A DNA stretch of 64,000 nucleotides from Candidatus Altiarchaeales archaeon (lineage in GTDB: Archaea; Altiarchaeota; Altiarchaeia; IMC4; SCGC-AAA252-I15): positions 224,001-288,000 of the forward strand of contig WJMO01000006.1 of NCBI GenBank assembly GCA_014727915.1, in the 5' to 3' direction. This document shows, piece after piece, positions 16,969-27,097 of the stretch. Each line of letters begins with the position of its first letter. Position 1 is the stretch's first letter. The notes under the pieces were generated by a model. The model saw only the letters and a list, made by a program, of their open reading frames with translations, did no database searches and had not been told where the DNA came from. The position numbers and the translations under genes are program-made.

Positions 16969-17707
16969 CCAACACCCCCTTCAACGCCGTCCCATAGTCG
17001 GCTTCAACCCCGAGTTTGCTGAAGTAGTTGACTATGTTCCCGACGTCCCGCTGGAGGAACTCCATGGAACGAGGATGATCCAATAGAACTCCGGCGCTGA
17101 AGTCTATGACCACCGCCCCCCCATAGTCGAGTATGTTATACTCTGAAAGGTCCGCGTGGACGAGGCGGAGCTTGTACATCTCACCCACAAAACCCATCAC
17201 CTCACGGTAGCATGCCCCAGGGTCGGATGGGCCCTCTTCCTTCAGCTTCGGGGCTGGAACGCCCCCATCACCGATGAACTCCATGACGAGAACGTTCTTA
17301 TGCTGTTCTATGGGCTTGGGACACCTCACCTTCTCGCAGACCCTGCTCAGGTTCTTATACTCCTTCTGAGCCCACATCTGAACCAGCTGCCGCCGGTTCT
17401 TCCAAGACGCGAAACGAGGATCTCCACGGATGTACTTGCTCATATGCCTGAAATCTGAGGTCTCGTTCTTGTATATCTTCAAGGCGACATCCTCACCGTC
17501 CCTGAGGCCATGGTATACGCTGGCCTCCTTCCCGGTCGAAACCACGCCCGTTATCTCGGTGAAAGCCTCCTTCTTAGCGAGCTTGTACAATGCCATCAGA
17601 GTGTCCTTGTCGAAGACCGACTCGCTGATCTTACGGCTGGAAGACCTCTGCCTGGCGCTCTTAAGGCCTGTGACGTCGAACCTCTGGAACAGATCGGCTT
17701 CATCCAT
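16958..17707 (-). CDS. rio1: RIO1 family serine/threonine kinase
   Basis: STGKEASVY, YIRGDPRF, WAQKEYKNL, LVHADLSEYNIL and IDF. Confidence 0.95.
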   Translation of the reverse strand: MDEADLFQRFDVTGLKSARQRSSSRKISESVFDKDTLMALYKLAKKEAFTEITGVVSTGKEASVYHGLRDGEDVALKIYKNETSDFRHMSKYIRGDPRFASWKNRRQLVQMWAQKEYKNLSRVCEKVRCPKPIEQHKNVLVMEFIGDGGVPAPKLKEEGPSDPGACYREVMGFVGEMYKLRLVHADLSEYNILDYGGAVVIDFSAGVLLDHPRSMEFLQRDVGNIVNYFSKLGVEADYGTALKGVLDAR

Positions 17708-17741
17708 TTAGAATAGGAATTACAGCTTCCGAATAAAAGAA

Positions 17742-18080
17742 TCAGAAATCCTCAATGCCCTCGAGATGCCCGTTCTTCCTCAGCCAGTCAGCCTGCTGGT
17801 TCGTGTAACGCCAGAGAATGTCCCCCCGCTCCTTGGCTTGAACCTCCCAAGGCTCGACAAGGACAATGTTCCCCTCCTTTATCCATATCCTCCTCCTTAT
17901 CTTGCCGGGGATACGGCATAGGCGGGTGTTCCCGTCCGTGCACTTGACGCTCATCCTGCGGTCGCCGAGCAGCTGCTCGACCTCGCCCAGCAGCTGCCCC
18001 CTACGCGGCAGGCGAACCCTGACTATCGGCTGGCCGTCAGCGCCGACCTCCACTCCATTGCGATTATGCCCGTTAGACAT
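17742..18080 (-). CDS. eif1a: Translation initiation factor aIF-1A
   Basis: RVRLP...LLG...CTDG..RLCRIPGK...WIKEG.IVLVEPW...RGDI.WRY. Confidence 0.96.
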   Translation of the reverse strand: MSNGHNRNGVEVGADGQPIVRVRLPRRGQLLGEVEQLLGDRRMSVKCTDGNTRLCRIPGKIRRRIWIKEGNIVLVEPWEVQAKERGDILWRYTNQQADWLRKNGHLEGIEDF

Positions 18081-18113
18081 CGTGCTTAATAATAACGACC
18101 TTTATTAATTAAT

Positions 18114-18509
18114 ATGACCATCTGGGACGAGCTGAAAACCAGGACTGTGGACGGGATAGAAGGCCTTATAACCGTTATAGTCCAGGATAAAGACAGCAGT
18201 GAAGTGCTGATGCTCGCATACGCAAACAGGGAAGCGCTCGAAAAAACGGCCGAAACCGGCCTGGCACACTATTACAGCACAAGCCGCAAGAAGCTCTGGC
18301 TGAAGGGCGAGAGCAGCGGGAACACCCAGAAGGTGAGCGAGATACTCGTGGACTGCGACGGAGACGCCGTCATATACAAGGCGGAGCAGAAGGGGGGCGC
18401 ATGCCACAGAGGATACAGGACATGCTTCTACAGGAAGATAACAGAGGAGGGTTTGGAGACCGTCGGCGAGAAACTCTTCGAACCTGACGAGGTATATAAG
18501 AAAAAATAA
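18114..18509 (+). CDS. hisI: Phosphoribosyl-AMP cyclohydrolase
   Basis: [24 protein letters not shown] and [11 protein letters not shown]. Confidence 0.96.
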   Translation: MTIWDELKTRTVDGIEGLITVIVQDKDSSEVLMLAYANREALEKTAETGLAHYYSTSRKKLWLKGESSGNTQKVSEILVDCDGDAVIYKAEQKGGACHRGYRTCFYRKITEEGLETVGEKLFEPDEVYKKK

Positions 18510-18539
18510 GCTTTTATAGTAAGGAGAAAATATTTTACC

Positions 18540-18941
18540 ATGAACAAGTTGAGCCTATTAACAGCTGTCTTGGCTGTGTTTCTTTTCCTGGGATGCATCA
18601 GCGGACCAGAGCCGGTAGTGGTGACAACAACACAACCCACAGGGGATACCATCAAGAAGCCGGTGACAACGACGTTGAACGAGGTCGTTAAAGACTACAG
18701 GAAAGCAGTATCCGAGTCTGACGTGAGTTCATGCGACAGGATGGACAACCCCAGGCTTAAGGACATCTGCATAAGGGACATAGCAGTCAAAGAGGGTAAG
18801 GCCAGTCTATGCAGCAAGATTGAGACAGCCAACCTGAAAGACATATGCTACTACAAGATTGCGGTTAACAACAAGGACAACACCGTCTGCAACAGGATAA
18901 GCACGGAATTCATCAAGAAGTCCTGCATGGAAAAGACATAA
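18540..18941 (+). CDS. Lipoprotein with Cys-rich helical repeats
   Basis: Lipobox FLGC, Thr-rich linker, and repeats such as CDRMDNPRLKDICIRDIA and CSKIETANLKDICYYKIA. Confidence 0.8.
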   Translation: MNKLSLLTAVLAVFLFLGCISGPEPVVVTTTQPTGDTIKKPVTTTLNEVVKDYRKAVSESDVSSCDRMDNPRLKDICIRDIAVKEGKASLCSKIETANLKDICYYKIAVNNKDNTVCNRISTEFIKKSCMEKT

Positions 18942-18944
18942 GGT

Positions 18945-20450
18945 TCAGGCGATGTTGTTAAGGGAGCCGCCTTCCTTAAGTTCCGAAAGGATCAGCTTGG
19001 GGTCTTGATGGTAGAGGTGGAAGAACTTCAGGACGTCATTGTGCCCCCTGATGCCCTTCGCCATCATGTACTTCAGGACCTTCTCCCTTATCAGCAACTC
19101 AGTGTTTAGCCTCTTCTTGGTTATCCCGCACTCCTTGGCGATCCTCTCCGTCAAGAGTATCGGATAGTCTGTCCTCTTTATCACGTCGTTGTTCAGGTCA
19201 TGGTAGAATATGTCCCCCAACTGGACGACATCACCTTCTATGCCGGAAACCTCGGATACCTGGGTGACACGCCGCAGCATCCCCTTCTTACGGTCGAATA
19301 TCCTGTTGGTGACAACGATCAGGTTCAGCAGTGGCATCATCCTCAAGGGCACGTTCATGGGCTCGTCCATCAGGCGTATGGTCGTCTCGCGGGCGTTGTT
19401 GGCGTGCAAAGTACCCATGCTGCCGTCCAATCCTATGTCCATTGCCACGAACAGGGTCTCAGCCTCGCTGCCACGGACCTCTCCGACTATGACCCGGTCC
19501 GGGCGCATCCTCAGGCTGTTCTTCAACAGGCTGTGCATGCTCAGCCGGTGCTCGGGGGTGATGACAGACGGGGAAGCCTCCATGGGAACCCAGTTGTCTA
19601 TGAACTCGAAGTTCAGCTCCAGAGTGTCCTCCACGGTAACGACACGCTCGGTCTTGGGTATGAACATCGCCAGCGCATTCATCAGAGTCGTCTTGCCCGA
19701 ACCAGCCCCTCCGGCTATTATGATATCAATCGGTGACAGGCCGAAGCCTTCGACGCACACCCAGAGGAACGCGGCCAGTTCAGGGCTCAAGCTCCCGAAC
19801 TCGATGAGGTCAAGCACTGTGAAGGGGACGCGCTTGAACTTCCTTATCGTAACGGCAGGACCATAAGGTGCTGCGGGGGCTATGGCAACGTTCGCCCTGC
19901 TGCCATCGGGCATGTGAGCGTCCAAAAGCGGGTTCGCCTCGTTCAACTCCCGCCCGGCATAGTTGGACAGCCAGTGTATGAAATCCTCAAGGGGGCCGTG
20001 GGAGTCGTAGGTGAGGTTGGTTATGCACATGCCATGCCGCCTGTGAACGACGAAAACGGGTGTGTTAACGCCGTTTACCATTATCTCCTCCAGCTGCTCG
20101 TCGCGCATCAACGGCCCAAGACGCCCGTAGCCGAGGAACAGCTCGTCCATTATGGAAGACGTCACATATTCAAGGTTTTCCGGGGTGACATTCCTCTCTA
20201 TCAGCCTCTGCTGGAGGTATTCGCGCAGGTACTCCTCCTTGCCTATGCTCGTGTGTATCTTGTCAAGCTCGGCCTTTATCTGGTTGTAGTCGCCGACGAA
20301 ATCGCGGGAATCAGATATCACCCTCCTCTCATCCTCGGTCAGCTCCGGGGTAAGGGAGATGTAGTATGGGATCTGCCCTGACTCACCCTCCATTATCTTC
20401 ACGTTACCATAGGATTCAAGCAGTTCAGGCATCAGTAAAGTATTACACAC
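18945..20450 (-). CDS. Type II/IV secretion system ATPase (CpaF/VirB11 family)
   Basis: EEIMVNG, PDGSRAN, TIRKF, GGAGSGKTT, EDTLEL, LRMRPDRVIVGEVRG and TLHAN. Confidence 0.93.
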   Translation of the reverse strand: MCNTLLMPELLESYGNVKIMEGESGQIPYYISLTPELTEDERRVISDSRDFVGDYNQIKAELDKIHTSIGKEEYLREYLQQRLIERNVTPENLEYVTSSIMDELFLGYGRLGPLMRDEQLEEIMVNGVNTPVFVVHRRHGMCITNLTYDSHGPLEDFIHWLSNYAGRELNEANPLLDAHMPDGSRANVAIAPAAPYGPAVTIRKFKRVPFTVLDLIEFGSLSPELAAFLWVCVEGFGLSPIDIIIAGGAGSGKTTLMNALAMFIPKTERVVTVEDTLELNFEFIDNWVPMEASPSVITPEHRLSMHSLLKNSLRMRPDRVIVGEVRGSEAETLFVAMDIGLDGSMGTLHANNARETTIRLMDEPMNVPLRMMPLLNLIVVTNRIFDRKKGMLRRVTQVSEVSGIEGDVVQLGDIFYHDLNNDVIKRTDYPILLTERIAKECGITKKRLNTELLIREKVLKYMMAKGIRGHNDVLKFFHLYHQDPKLILSELKEGGSLNNIA

Positions 20451-20462
20451 CGGGATTAAATA

Positions 20463-21308
20463 CTAGAGGCCTGACAGGTCCATCAGACGGCCTATTTGAG
20501 CATCATCCAAGCCGATCAGGGGCATGTAAACCGGCAGAGAAACGCCCGAGCAGGGTCTATCGGCCAGTGATCCGAGATTATCCGAGGATACGACGCCGTG
20601 GACGCCGGATGCCAGGGCATCATCCAGCGAACCAATGCATTCCACGTCGGGGTTGCTGTAGTAGCTCAGCCTGCCCGCATATTCACGGTCGCCTGCCACC
20701 AACATCTTGCAGCCCCTGCGCATCATCATCCAAGCAGCCAGCGCATCACGAGGACTCCTGACCTCCGCAGCCAACAGCCCCTGCGAGCCATATGGCAGGC
20801 CTCCCACACCGTCAAACAACCGGGTGTACAGGTATGCGGCATCACCGTGGATCTCAACCCCGACGAGCGCGTCAGGGCTGGATAGGTCAACGCCGTTGCC
20901 GTGTTCTTCCTGTATGAGAGAGCCAAGCTGCCGCTCCAGATCCATCGTTGACATCGGATATCCGCCGCCGGGCTTCTTGACGCGAACGGCAAAGGAGCCT
21001 CCACCCTCGAGGAAAGGCTTCGCGAACTCGACAACAGAACCCGCTAGCACACCATAGTCGGAGCCCACCTCCGCTGCGGGGCTGGTGGAGTGCACGCCAA
21101 AGACCTTCGACGCCCGGACAGCAACGTCGGACGCGCGATCAGACGATAGGAATATCCTATGCCTTTTCAGATGGGTCTTGGCTTCCAAACCGGAGGACTT
21201 CAGCGCATGGCTTATGTTGGAGACTAGGCGCTCGGTGAAGCTGCGCCTGACGTAGTCGCTCTTCAGGAATATCTCCGCGTATCTCACGATCACAGAGTCG
21301 CATTCCAT
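20463..21308 (-). CDS. THUMP-domain ThiI-like protein with a degenerate PP-loop
   Basis: VRYAEIFLKS, FGV, THUMP domain and GGLPYGSQG, but the canonical SGGIDS is replaced by RSPRDA. Confidence 0.8.
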   Translation of the reverse strand: MECDSVIVRYAEIFLKSDYVRRSFTERLVSNISHALKSSGLEAKTHLKRHRIFLSSDRASDVAVRASKVFGVHSTSPAAEVGSDYGVLAGSVVEFAKPFLEGGGSFAVRVKKPGGGYPMSTMDLERQLGSLIQEEHGNGVDLSSPDALVGVEIHGDAAYLYTRLFDGVGGLPYGSQGLLAAEVRSPRDALAAWMMMRRGCKMLVAGDREYAGRLSYYSNPDVECIGSLDDALASGVHGVVSSDNLGSLADRPCSGVSLPVYMPLIGLDDAQIGRLMDLSGL

Positions 21309-21311
21309 GTC

Positions 21312-21665
21312 TCAACCGGAACCTGGAGGCTGTATCATCTGCTGCAGCTCGCCGCGCATCTCGTTGAGCTTCTCTACCAATTTCTTCTCCTGCTTCTCCA
21401 GCACCTTTATCTTGGCGTCAGCGGACTCGGACTCGTCAGAGAGGTTCTTCAACCCGTCCTCCTTGCTGGTCTCAACCAATATGGGGCCGACCAGGCGGTA
21501 GACCTTGCCCTTCTCGAACGCCTCCAACTCCTTCCTCGCATTGCCGATGTCGGTGTTCTGGAGCATAAGCTGCTGCTTCTGCATGGAGATCAGCTGAACC
21601 TGGTTCTGAAGGTTCTGGAACTGCGCAAGCTTGTCCTGCACATTCTTAGGAACGTCCATAGCCAC
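21312..21665 (-). CDS. pfdB: Prefoldin subunit beta
   Basis: Coiled coil, KVYRLVGPILVE hairpin, coiled coil. Confidence 0.94.
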   Translation of the reverse strand: MAMDVPKNVQDKLAQFQNLQNQVQLISMQKQQLMLQNTDIGNARKELEAFEKGKVYRLVGPILVETSKEDGLKNLSDESESADAKIKVLEKQEKKLVEKLNEMRGELQQMIQPPGSG

Positions 21666-21692
21666 AATACATATGAAAGAAGACTATAAAAG

Positions 21693-23375
21693 TCAAGTCC
21701 ATCTACGGGGGTCCTTGCTCATTTGTTCAGAGATCAGATCCAAAGCATAAGTGTACAGGTGGTAGTCGTAGGGGTCGAGGGAGTCGGCCATACGGGTCAT
21801 GCTCCTCCCAAGCCCTCCGTTAACAGCATCTAATGAAACAGGTCCCTTGTGCTCCTCTCCCATTTCAGCCATGTCCTCCCTGAACATTGCTGACTCACGT
21901 GGAGTGAGCACCTCGCCGGCTATTAGTTTCCTTCGGAGCTGCCGCATCCTGAAAGCCCTGCTAAGCAAACCGATGCATTCGGCCTGTTTTTCCTCGTCCA
22001 AGCCGAGGCTCCTGACAGCGACGGACAACGCATTCGACTCCATAAGCCGATCATATTTCTCAGGTCCGATTTTTCCACTGTCCCGGTCCTCTGCAAAACC
22101 GATCATGTCCTCCATCCCGGAACCAAGCAACCGGTATACGTTATCATGGACCCTGGTCTTCCTCTCATCCCGGTCGATAGCCTCTGCGAACTGCCGCCAC
22201 ATCCTCTCCTCCTGGGTCGGCCCGGTCCGGAGCGTCGATTCGAATATCCTGAAGACTGTGGGCACATGGTCTTTGACCTCTTCAACGGATACTTCCCCCG
22301 GATATTGCGCTCCCACAACAATTGAAGAGGTCAACCGGGGTATTCCGTCGATTGTGACATCAGGCCTCTCAAGCCTGGCCCATATGCCGTCAGCCAGCTC
22401 CCTGTCATTTCCCTGCTGCTGAAGCTGTTCCGTGAACTCGCCTTGAGTACTACGGAGTAGAGCAAGATACCATAGAGGACAGGACGGGCCGAAACCAACA
22501 CTGTGAGCCAGGGCAGACTCCATACCACGCAGCACTGAACGAGCTTGAACCACCTTGCCACCACCCCTAAGTTCAATCAACATAGGCAGCTCATTTGAAG
22601 TGTCCACTGCCGCGCGGAAGCATGGCATCAGGTATTCTCCGGCTTTTACGCTGCTTTCAGGATCGCCTGTTGAAGATATGTCCGCGGCCCTGCCCCAACT
22701 ATCCCCTCCAAGGCCCCGCACGTGAGCCCTTATGGACGCGTCACAAGCTATAGCAGACAGCTCAGGGAGTATGTCATTATATGGCACCGGCTTCACATGT
22801 TGTTTGCCAGACCCTTCATTGTATGTTGAACGCTGTGAGAGCCTGTCTCCCAAGGCATTGATTATGCACTGGTTGAGGGATGGCCCAGCAGGATGACCGG
22901 TCTGGTGCAGCCAACGGGAAAGCTGAAGGGCCTGCGCGACCGTAACATCCTCGGTATTCACCCGTTCAACGGAAGCTTCACTATGGAGTATGCCACCGTA
23001 TCTGCCTTCATAGAAGAGGCGCCGCATATCCTCGTCCATGGGGACTTTAGTCCTGTATAGAAGCCTGCCTATGACGGGGGTTATGTCGTCGACATCGGCT
23101 GTGAACTGCCCCTCCCTCTCAATTGTTTCCCTCACGCCCTTGACGAACTGGGGCATGGCATCACTTCCTATACGCACAAGGTGAGGTGATGTTATGGGCA
23201 GCCTCAGCTCCCGCAGCCCATGTTGGTCGAATTTAGGAGCAATAAAGGCTATGATGGACTCCCTCCTTATCTCATTCAAGTCAGTACCCATTTGACCCCT
23301 GAACTGAGCGCCAGATTCCCATGCAAGACGCCTGTCCGGACCGTCAGGAAGGCCGCCCTTCTCCTGCTCAACCAT
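21693..23375 (-). CDS. Hypothetical protein (560 aa)
   Basis: Long ORF with no competing gene; soluble and helical-looking; no motif recognised. Confidence 0.7.
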   Translation of the reverse strand: MVEQEKGGLPDGPDRRLAWESGAQFRGQMGTDLNEIRRESIIAFIAPKFDQHGLRELRLPITSPHLVRIGSDAMPQFVKGVRETIEREGQFTADVDDITPVIGRLLYRTKVPMDEDMRRLFYEGRYGGILHSEASVERVNTEDVTVAQALQLSRWLHQTGHPAGPSLNQCIINALGDRLSQRSTYNEGSGKQHVKPVPYNDILPELSAIACDASIRAHVRGLGGDSWGRAADISSTGDPESSVKAGEYLMPCFRAAVDTSNELPMLIELRGGGKVVQARSVLRGMESALAHSVGFGPSCPLWYLALLRSTQGEFTEQLQQQGNDRELADGIWARLERPDVTIDGIPRLTSSIVVGAQYPGEVSVEEVKDHVPTVFRIFESTLRTGPTQEERMWRQFAEAIDRDERKTRVHDNVYRLLGSGMEDMIGFAEDRDSGKIGPEKYDRLMESNALSVAVRSLGLDEEKQAECIGLLSRAFRMRQLRRKLIAGEVLTPRESAMFREDMAEMGEEHKGPVSLDAVNGGLGRSMTRMADSLDPYDYHLYTYALDLISEQMSKDPRRWT

Positions 23376-23552
23376 GATATGAAAATATGGGCAGGAAACG
23401 GATAAAAGACATCAAAACTCAAAATATCATGAGAAAAGTATCAATAGTTTATAATATTCTTTAAATAGTTGTGGTTTTTTGGGTTCTTGGGGCGTGGGCC
23501 CCTGCGGCCTGTTCAGCCTCCTCCCCCCCTTTAGGAAGCCTCTGCAGGCGTT

Positions 23553-23663
23553 CTAACGCGCATCTATCGAATGCAGCGGGATCAGAACCCTGGGGATCCT
23601 CGCTATTGCGGACTTCATCGAAAGGACTTCCCGGACCATCCGGTCAAATTCTTCCTCGTTCAT
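23553..23663 (-). CDS. Putative small protein (36 aa)
   Basis: GAGGTGA SD followed by ATG: MNEEEFDRMVREVLSMKSAIARIPRVLIPLHSIDAR*. Confidence 0.4.
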   Translation of the reverse strand: MNEEEFDRMVREVLSMKSAIARIPRVLIPLHSIDAR

Positions 23664-23801
23664 CACATCACCTCAAAATATCACATCACTCCAAGGCCCA
23701 CGCCTCGAACATACATTACTAAACCCAATAAAAGAAGATGATGACAAAATAGGGCCAAAAAAGGGACTAGATAGGGGAAACCAGCCCTGGGTTTATATCG
23801 G

Positions 23802-24944
23802 ATGGATGTGAAAGTATATGTGATGGCCAGCAGGGAGAAGAAGGCTGAAAGGGTTGATTTGAGGCCTCCTGACCACGCTACGATAGTGGGCACGTGGAGG
23901 TCCACCGAAACCGAGGAGGCAGTCAGAAGGAGGCATGAGCTGATGATCCGCGGCCGGGACGTGGACCATGACATCAGAACGCCATTGCAGGGTGTGGTCA
24001 TCGGGTCGATGCTGGTGCCCAGGCTGGCGCGGATGAGCGACGAAGAGCAGAGGAGGATAAAAGAGGGCGCAGACAGGCTGAACTCCACGGTGACAGAGGG
24101 GCTGGCAGAGTATATGGCTGCCATCCCAACGGAGAGGCTGGACGTCGAAGGATACAGGAGTCTAGGCCCAGATAGGAAGGCGGTGATATACGGCGCATGC
24201 CAGCGGCTGGCGGGAAGGCTCGGAAAGGCGACGCCAATGCTCGAGGCAGTCCGAGAGGATGTGATGTCGGTCAAACCAGGGGAGACGGAGATGGAAGTCC
24301 AGGTGAGGTCAAGCCAAAGCCAGTTCGCCAACGCATGCGAGCACATGAAGAGGATGATAGACGACTACGGAAGATTATACAGGGGTGAGAGCCTCGAACA
24401 CCCCCACGTGCCGGTGAACGTGAACCAGATGCTGCGAGGATTCGAGACAGGGAACCTGATAGGAGAGGGGACTGCACTCTGGTCCCCAAGGCATCTTGGA
24501 TATCCACAGCAGGCCATGATATCAAGCGAGTTCGCATACGGGGACGTCAGGCCGCCCTCCGGCGACAGGATAGAGCTGGAGGAGGCACTGTCCAACCTGG
24601 CGAGGAACAGCCGGGACTCCCTGGGTGAGAGACTGCACCATGAGCGGCGGGCTGGGTCCGATTGGCAGCCGAGGATAAGGGTCGAGACACGACAGGCGGA
24701 GGGCATGACCGAAATACGGTTCTCAGACAATGGAGTCGGCATAGACCCCGCAAGGGGAGACAGCATCTTCGAATCAGGGGAGACCACGAAAAAGGAGGGC
24801 AGCCACCAGGGCGCGGGGTTGGACATCACCAGGAGGATAATAGAGGGGCATGGGGGGTCCATAACCTACGAGAGCAGCGGGAGGTTCACGGCAGGTGACG
24901 TGAACAGCGGAGGAGCGACCTTCATAATAAGACTGCCATCCTAG
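23802..24944 (+). CDS. Soluble histidine kinase (HisKA + HATPase_c)
   Basis: H-box HDIRTPL, N-box LSNLARNS, D-box FSDNGVGID, F-box IFESGETTK, G2 GAGLDI. Confidence 0.88.
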   Translation: MDVKVYVMASREKKAERVDLRPPDHATIVGTWRSTETEEAVRRRHELMIRGRDVDHDIRTPLQGVVIGSMLVPRLARMSDEEQRRIKEGADRLNSTVTEGLAEYMAAIPTERLDVEGYRSLGPDRKAVIYGACQRLAGRLGKATPMLEAVREDVMSVKPGETEMEVQVRSSQSQFANACEHMKRMIDDYGRLYRGESLEHPHVPVNVNQMLRGFETGNLIGEGTALWSPRHLGYPQQAMISSEFAYGDVRPPSGDRIELEEALSNLARNSRDSLGERLHHERRAGSDWQPRIRVETRQAEGMTEIRFSDNGVGIDPARGDSIFESGETTKKEGSHQGAGLDITRRIIEGHGGSITYESSGRFTAGDVNSGGATFIIRLPS

Positions 24945-25168
24945 CCGGTGAGTCTCAAGCTCATGTCCAGCCAGCGTATGTACGTGTTGGCGGCGGCGCG
25001 CATGGCATGAAGGTCTTTGGCTGTTACGGTGAGAATCAGCTCCTTATCATATTCAAGCTTCACAGACGACCGGTCGTGTAGTTCGGAGTCTATCTCAGGC
25101 TGTATGGAAGAAAGGCAGGCTTCGGCCTTGTCCGCTGGGACAGATAGCCGAACCTCTAACGTGTTCAT
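24941..25168 (-). CDS. pcc1: KEOPS complex subunit Pcc1
   Basis: SIQPEI...RSSV...AKDLHAMRAAANTYIRWL; start MNTLEV overlaps the rpoP stop. Confidence 0.9.
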   Translation of the reverse strand: MNTLEVRLSVPADKAEACLSSIQPEIDSELHDRSSVKLEYDKELILTVTAKDLHAMRAAANTYIRWLDMSLRLTG

Positions 25169-25317
25169 CTTCCGATGACTACCTTGGTTATGTTCTCGGG
25201 GCGCTTCTTGATCCAGATGTTGCTGCGCTTCTCGCTGCAGCTGTTGCACTTCATCTTGCTCCTGAGCAGCTCCTCATACTGGAACTCGGCGCCGCATTCT
25301 ATGCATACGTAGGTCAT
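25165..25317 (-). CDS. rpoP: RNA polymerase subunit P (Rpo12)
   Basis: MTYVCIECG...KCNSC...IWIKKRP; syntenic with rpl37ae and pcc1. Confidence 0.88.
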   Translation of the reverse strand: MTYVCIECGAEFQYEELLRSKMKCNSCSEKRSNIWIKKRPENITKVVIGR

Positions 25318-25562
25318 TGCTCCTCCTCCATTGACATGCGCCTGAAAACAGGTATGTGCGTTCCGCCAGTGAAGGTGTGCTTGCAGGTCCTGCACCTCCA
25401 GATGCCCGCCGACACCCTCTTGAGCTTTCCCCTGCTGCAGCTTGGGCAGCCGCTGGACTTCCGGGACTCCACCTCTATCTTGGCGGCTTCGTTCCGGATC
25501 TTACGGCCTACCCGGGTGCCGTACCTTCCAAGGCTCCCGACCTTCTTGGTGTGACTGTACAT
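25314..25562 (-). CDS. rpl37ae: 50S ribosomal protein L37ae (eL43)
   Basis: TKKVGSLGRYGTRVG, CPSC and GIWRCRTC..FTGG. Confidence 0.95.
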   Translation of the reverse strand: MYSHTKKVGSLGRYGTRVGRKIRNEAAKIEVESRKSSGCPSCSRGKLKRVSAGIWRCRTCKHTFTGGTHIPVFRRMSMEEEQ

Positions 25563-25601
25563 TTTGGCATATTCTTTAGGGAGGAAGGGCTTAAAAAACA
25601 C

Positions 25602-26378
25602 CTACCCCTCCAGTATTTTGCGTATCTCAGGCGCCTTTTTGAAGGCTTTGGACACGCAATCCTTCGCCTCCTCCGGTTTGAAGGAGCCGTTACCTCCCTT
25701 CTGCATCGCGTTAACCGTGTCGGTGGTCGTGACGGTAAGCCTGGTGTCCAACGCATACTCCTCGTCCGAGCACGGGTCCAGCAGGATGTTGGAGCCTATC
25801 TTGCCGAATGTGAAGGATACTGGAGTGCATGTTACGGGAAGCTTCCCATCCCATTCGCCCCTGACTATCGTACCATCCTCGATCTTTGGCAGGCGGCTGT
25901 CGCGCAATGCTGCCGCGGCAGCGTAGCTACATGCGTCGAATAGGTTCCCGTCAAAGTTGAGAATGTGCAAGTCCATGAAGACTATCCACACCTTGCCCTC
26001 CTCTATGAGGAGCGAATCAACGTCTATGGCGCCCGACTCGCGTATCCCGCGGTCCACGACACGCGCCACCTCGATGCTCTCCTCCCTTGGAGGGCCGCTC
26101 TCGAAGTAAGGCGAGGCTATGGGCCTCAGTTCCGTTGACGTGGTCATGACGCCAGAGGTCGGCGAGTCAGGATATGGCTCTCCCATGTCCATGCTTATTC
26201 CAGCCAACACTTCAGTCTTCCCCAGTCTGACATAAGCTGATCCGCTGGACTTCTCGCCAACGTATCCTTTCTCTATCTCAAGCTTCCTCATGTCGTCGAA
26301 GCCCCTGCCGTCTGTTCGGCTGCCCTCTGACACGATGCTCTTGACATAGTCTCCCTTGATGAATGACTCTATGTTCAT
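25602..26378 (-). CDS. rrp42: Exosome complex component Rrp42
   Basis: [34 protein letters not shown] and DGNLFDA. Confidence 0.96.
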   Translation of the reverse strand: MNIESFIKGDYVKSIVSEGSRTDGRGFDDMRKLEIEKGYVGEKSSGSAYVRLGKTEVLAGISMDMGEPYPDSPTSGVMTTSTELRPIASPYFESGPPREESIEVARVVDRGIRESGAIDVDSLLIEEGKVWIVFMDLHILNFDGNLFDACSYAAAAALRDSRLPKIEDGTIVRGEWDGKLPVTCTPVSFTFGKIGSNILLDPCSDEEYALDTRLTVTTTDTVNAMQKGGNGSFKPEEAKDCVSKAFKKAPEIRKILEG

Positions 26379-27097
26379 TTCTGCACCTCCGACAACGCCT
26401 TCTTCTGGATCTCATATACCTTCATGCAGCCCTCGTAAGCCAGGTCGAATGCCTTGTTGAACTCTTCCTCTGACAGTTTGCCGTCCATCTGCAACAATAC
26501 GACATCGCCTGTCCTCGGCACTATCGCCAAGGGAACGTCAGCTTCGCCGTAGTTGTCCTCCTCCTTCATCAGGTCCACTACGACCTCTTCCCCTATCTTG
26601 CCTGCCGCACAGGAGGCTACCAGGTCCTTCATGGGTATGCCAGCGTCGGCCAAGGCGATGGAAGCGGCCGTCAAGCCCGCGCACCTTGTTCCCGCGTCAG
26701 CCTGCAGTATCTCCACGAACACGTCTATGGCCGCGTTGGGATACATGTGGGTCTGGACAACGGAAGTCAGAGCCTCACTGCATATCTTGCTTATCTCGAC
26801 GCTCCTCCGGTCCGGTCCGGGCCGTTTCCTGTCGTCAACGCTGAACGGCGCCATGTTATATGTTACCCTTACAGTCGCTTCGGTGGGGTTCTGCAGCCTC
26901 TTAGGGTGCATCTCCCTCGGGCCGTAAACGCCAGCCAAAACCTTGTTGTTACCCCATTCGAGGTAAGCTGACCCCTGGGCATTATCCAAGACGCCCACTT
27001 TCATCCTTATCTCTCTAAGTTCATCTGGTTTGCGGCCGTCCAATCTCACGCCGCCGTCGATCAACTTCATATCTGATTTTCCGCTCATTTGAATCAC
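26375..27097 (-). CDS. rrp41: Exosome complex component Rrp41
   Basis: [35 protein letters not shown] and EEDNYGEAD. Confidence 0.97.
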   Translation of the reverse strand: MIQMSGKSDMKLIDGGVRLDGRKPDELREIRMKVGVLDNAQGSAYLEWGNNKVLAGVYGPREMHPKRLQNPTEATVRVTYNMAPFSVDDRKRPGPDRRSVEISKICSEALTSVVQTHMYPNAAIDVFVEILQADAGTRCAGLTAASIALADAGIPMKDLVASCAAGKIGEEVVVDLMKEEDNYGEADVPLAIVPRTGDVVLLQMDGKLSEEEFNKAFDLAYEGCMKVYEIQKKALSEVQK

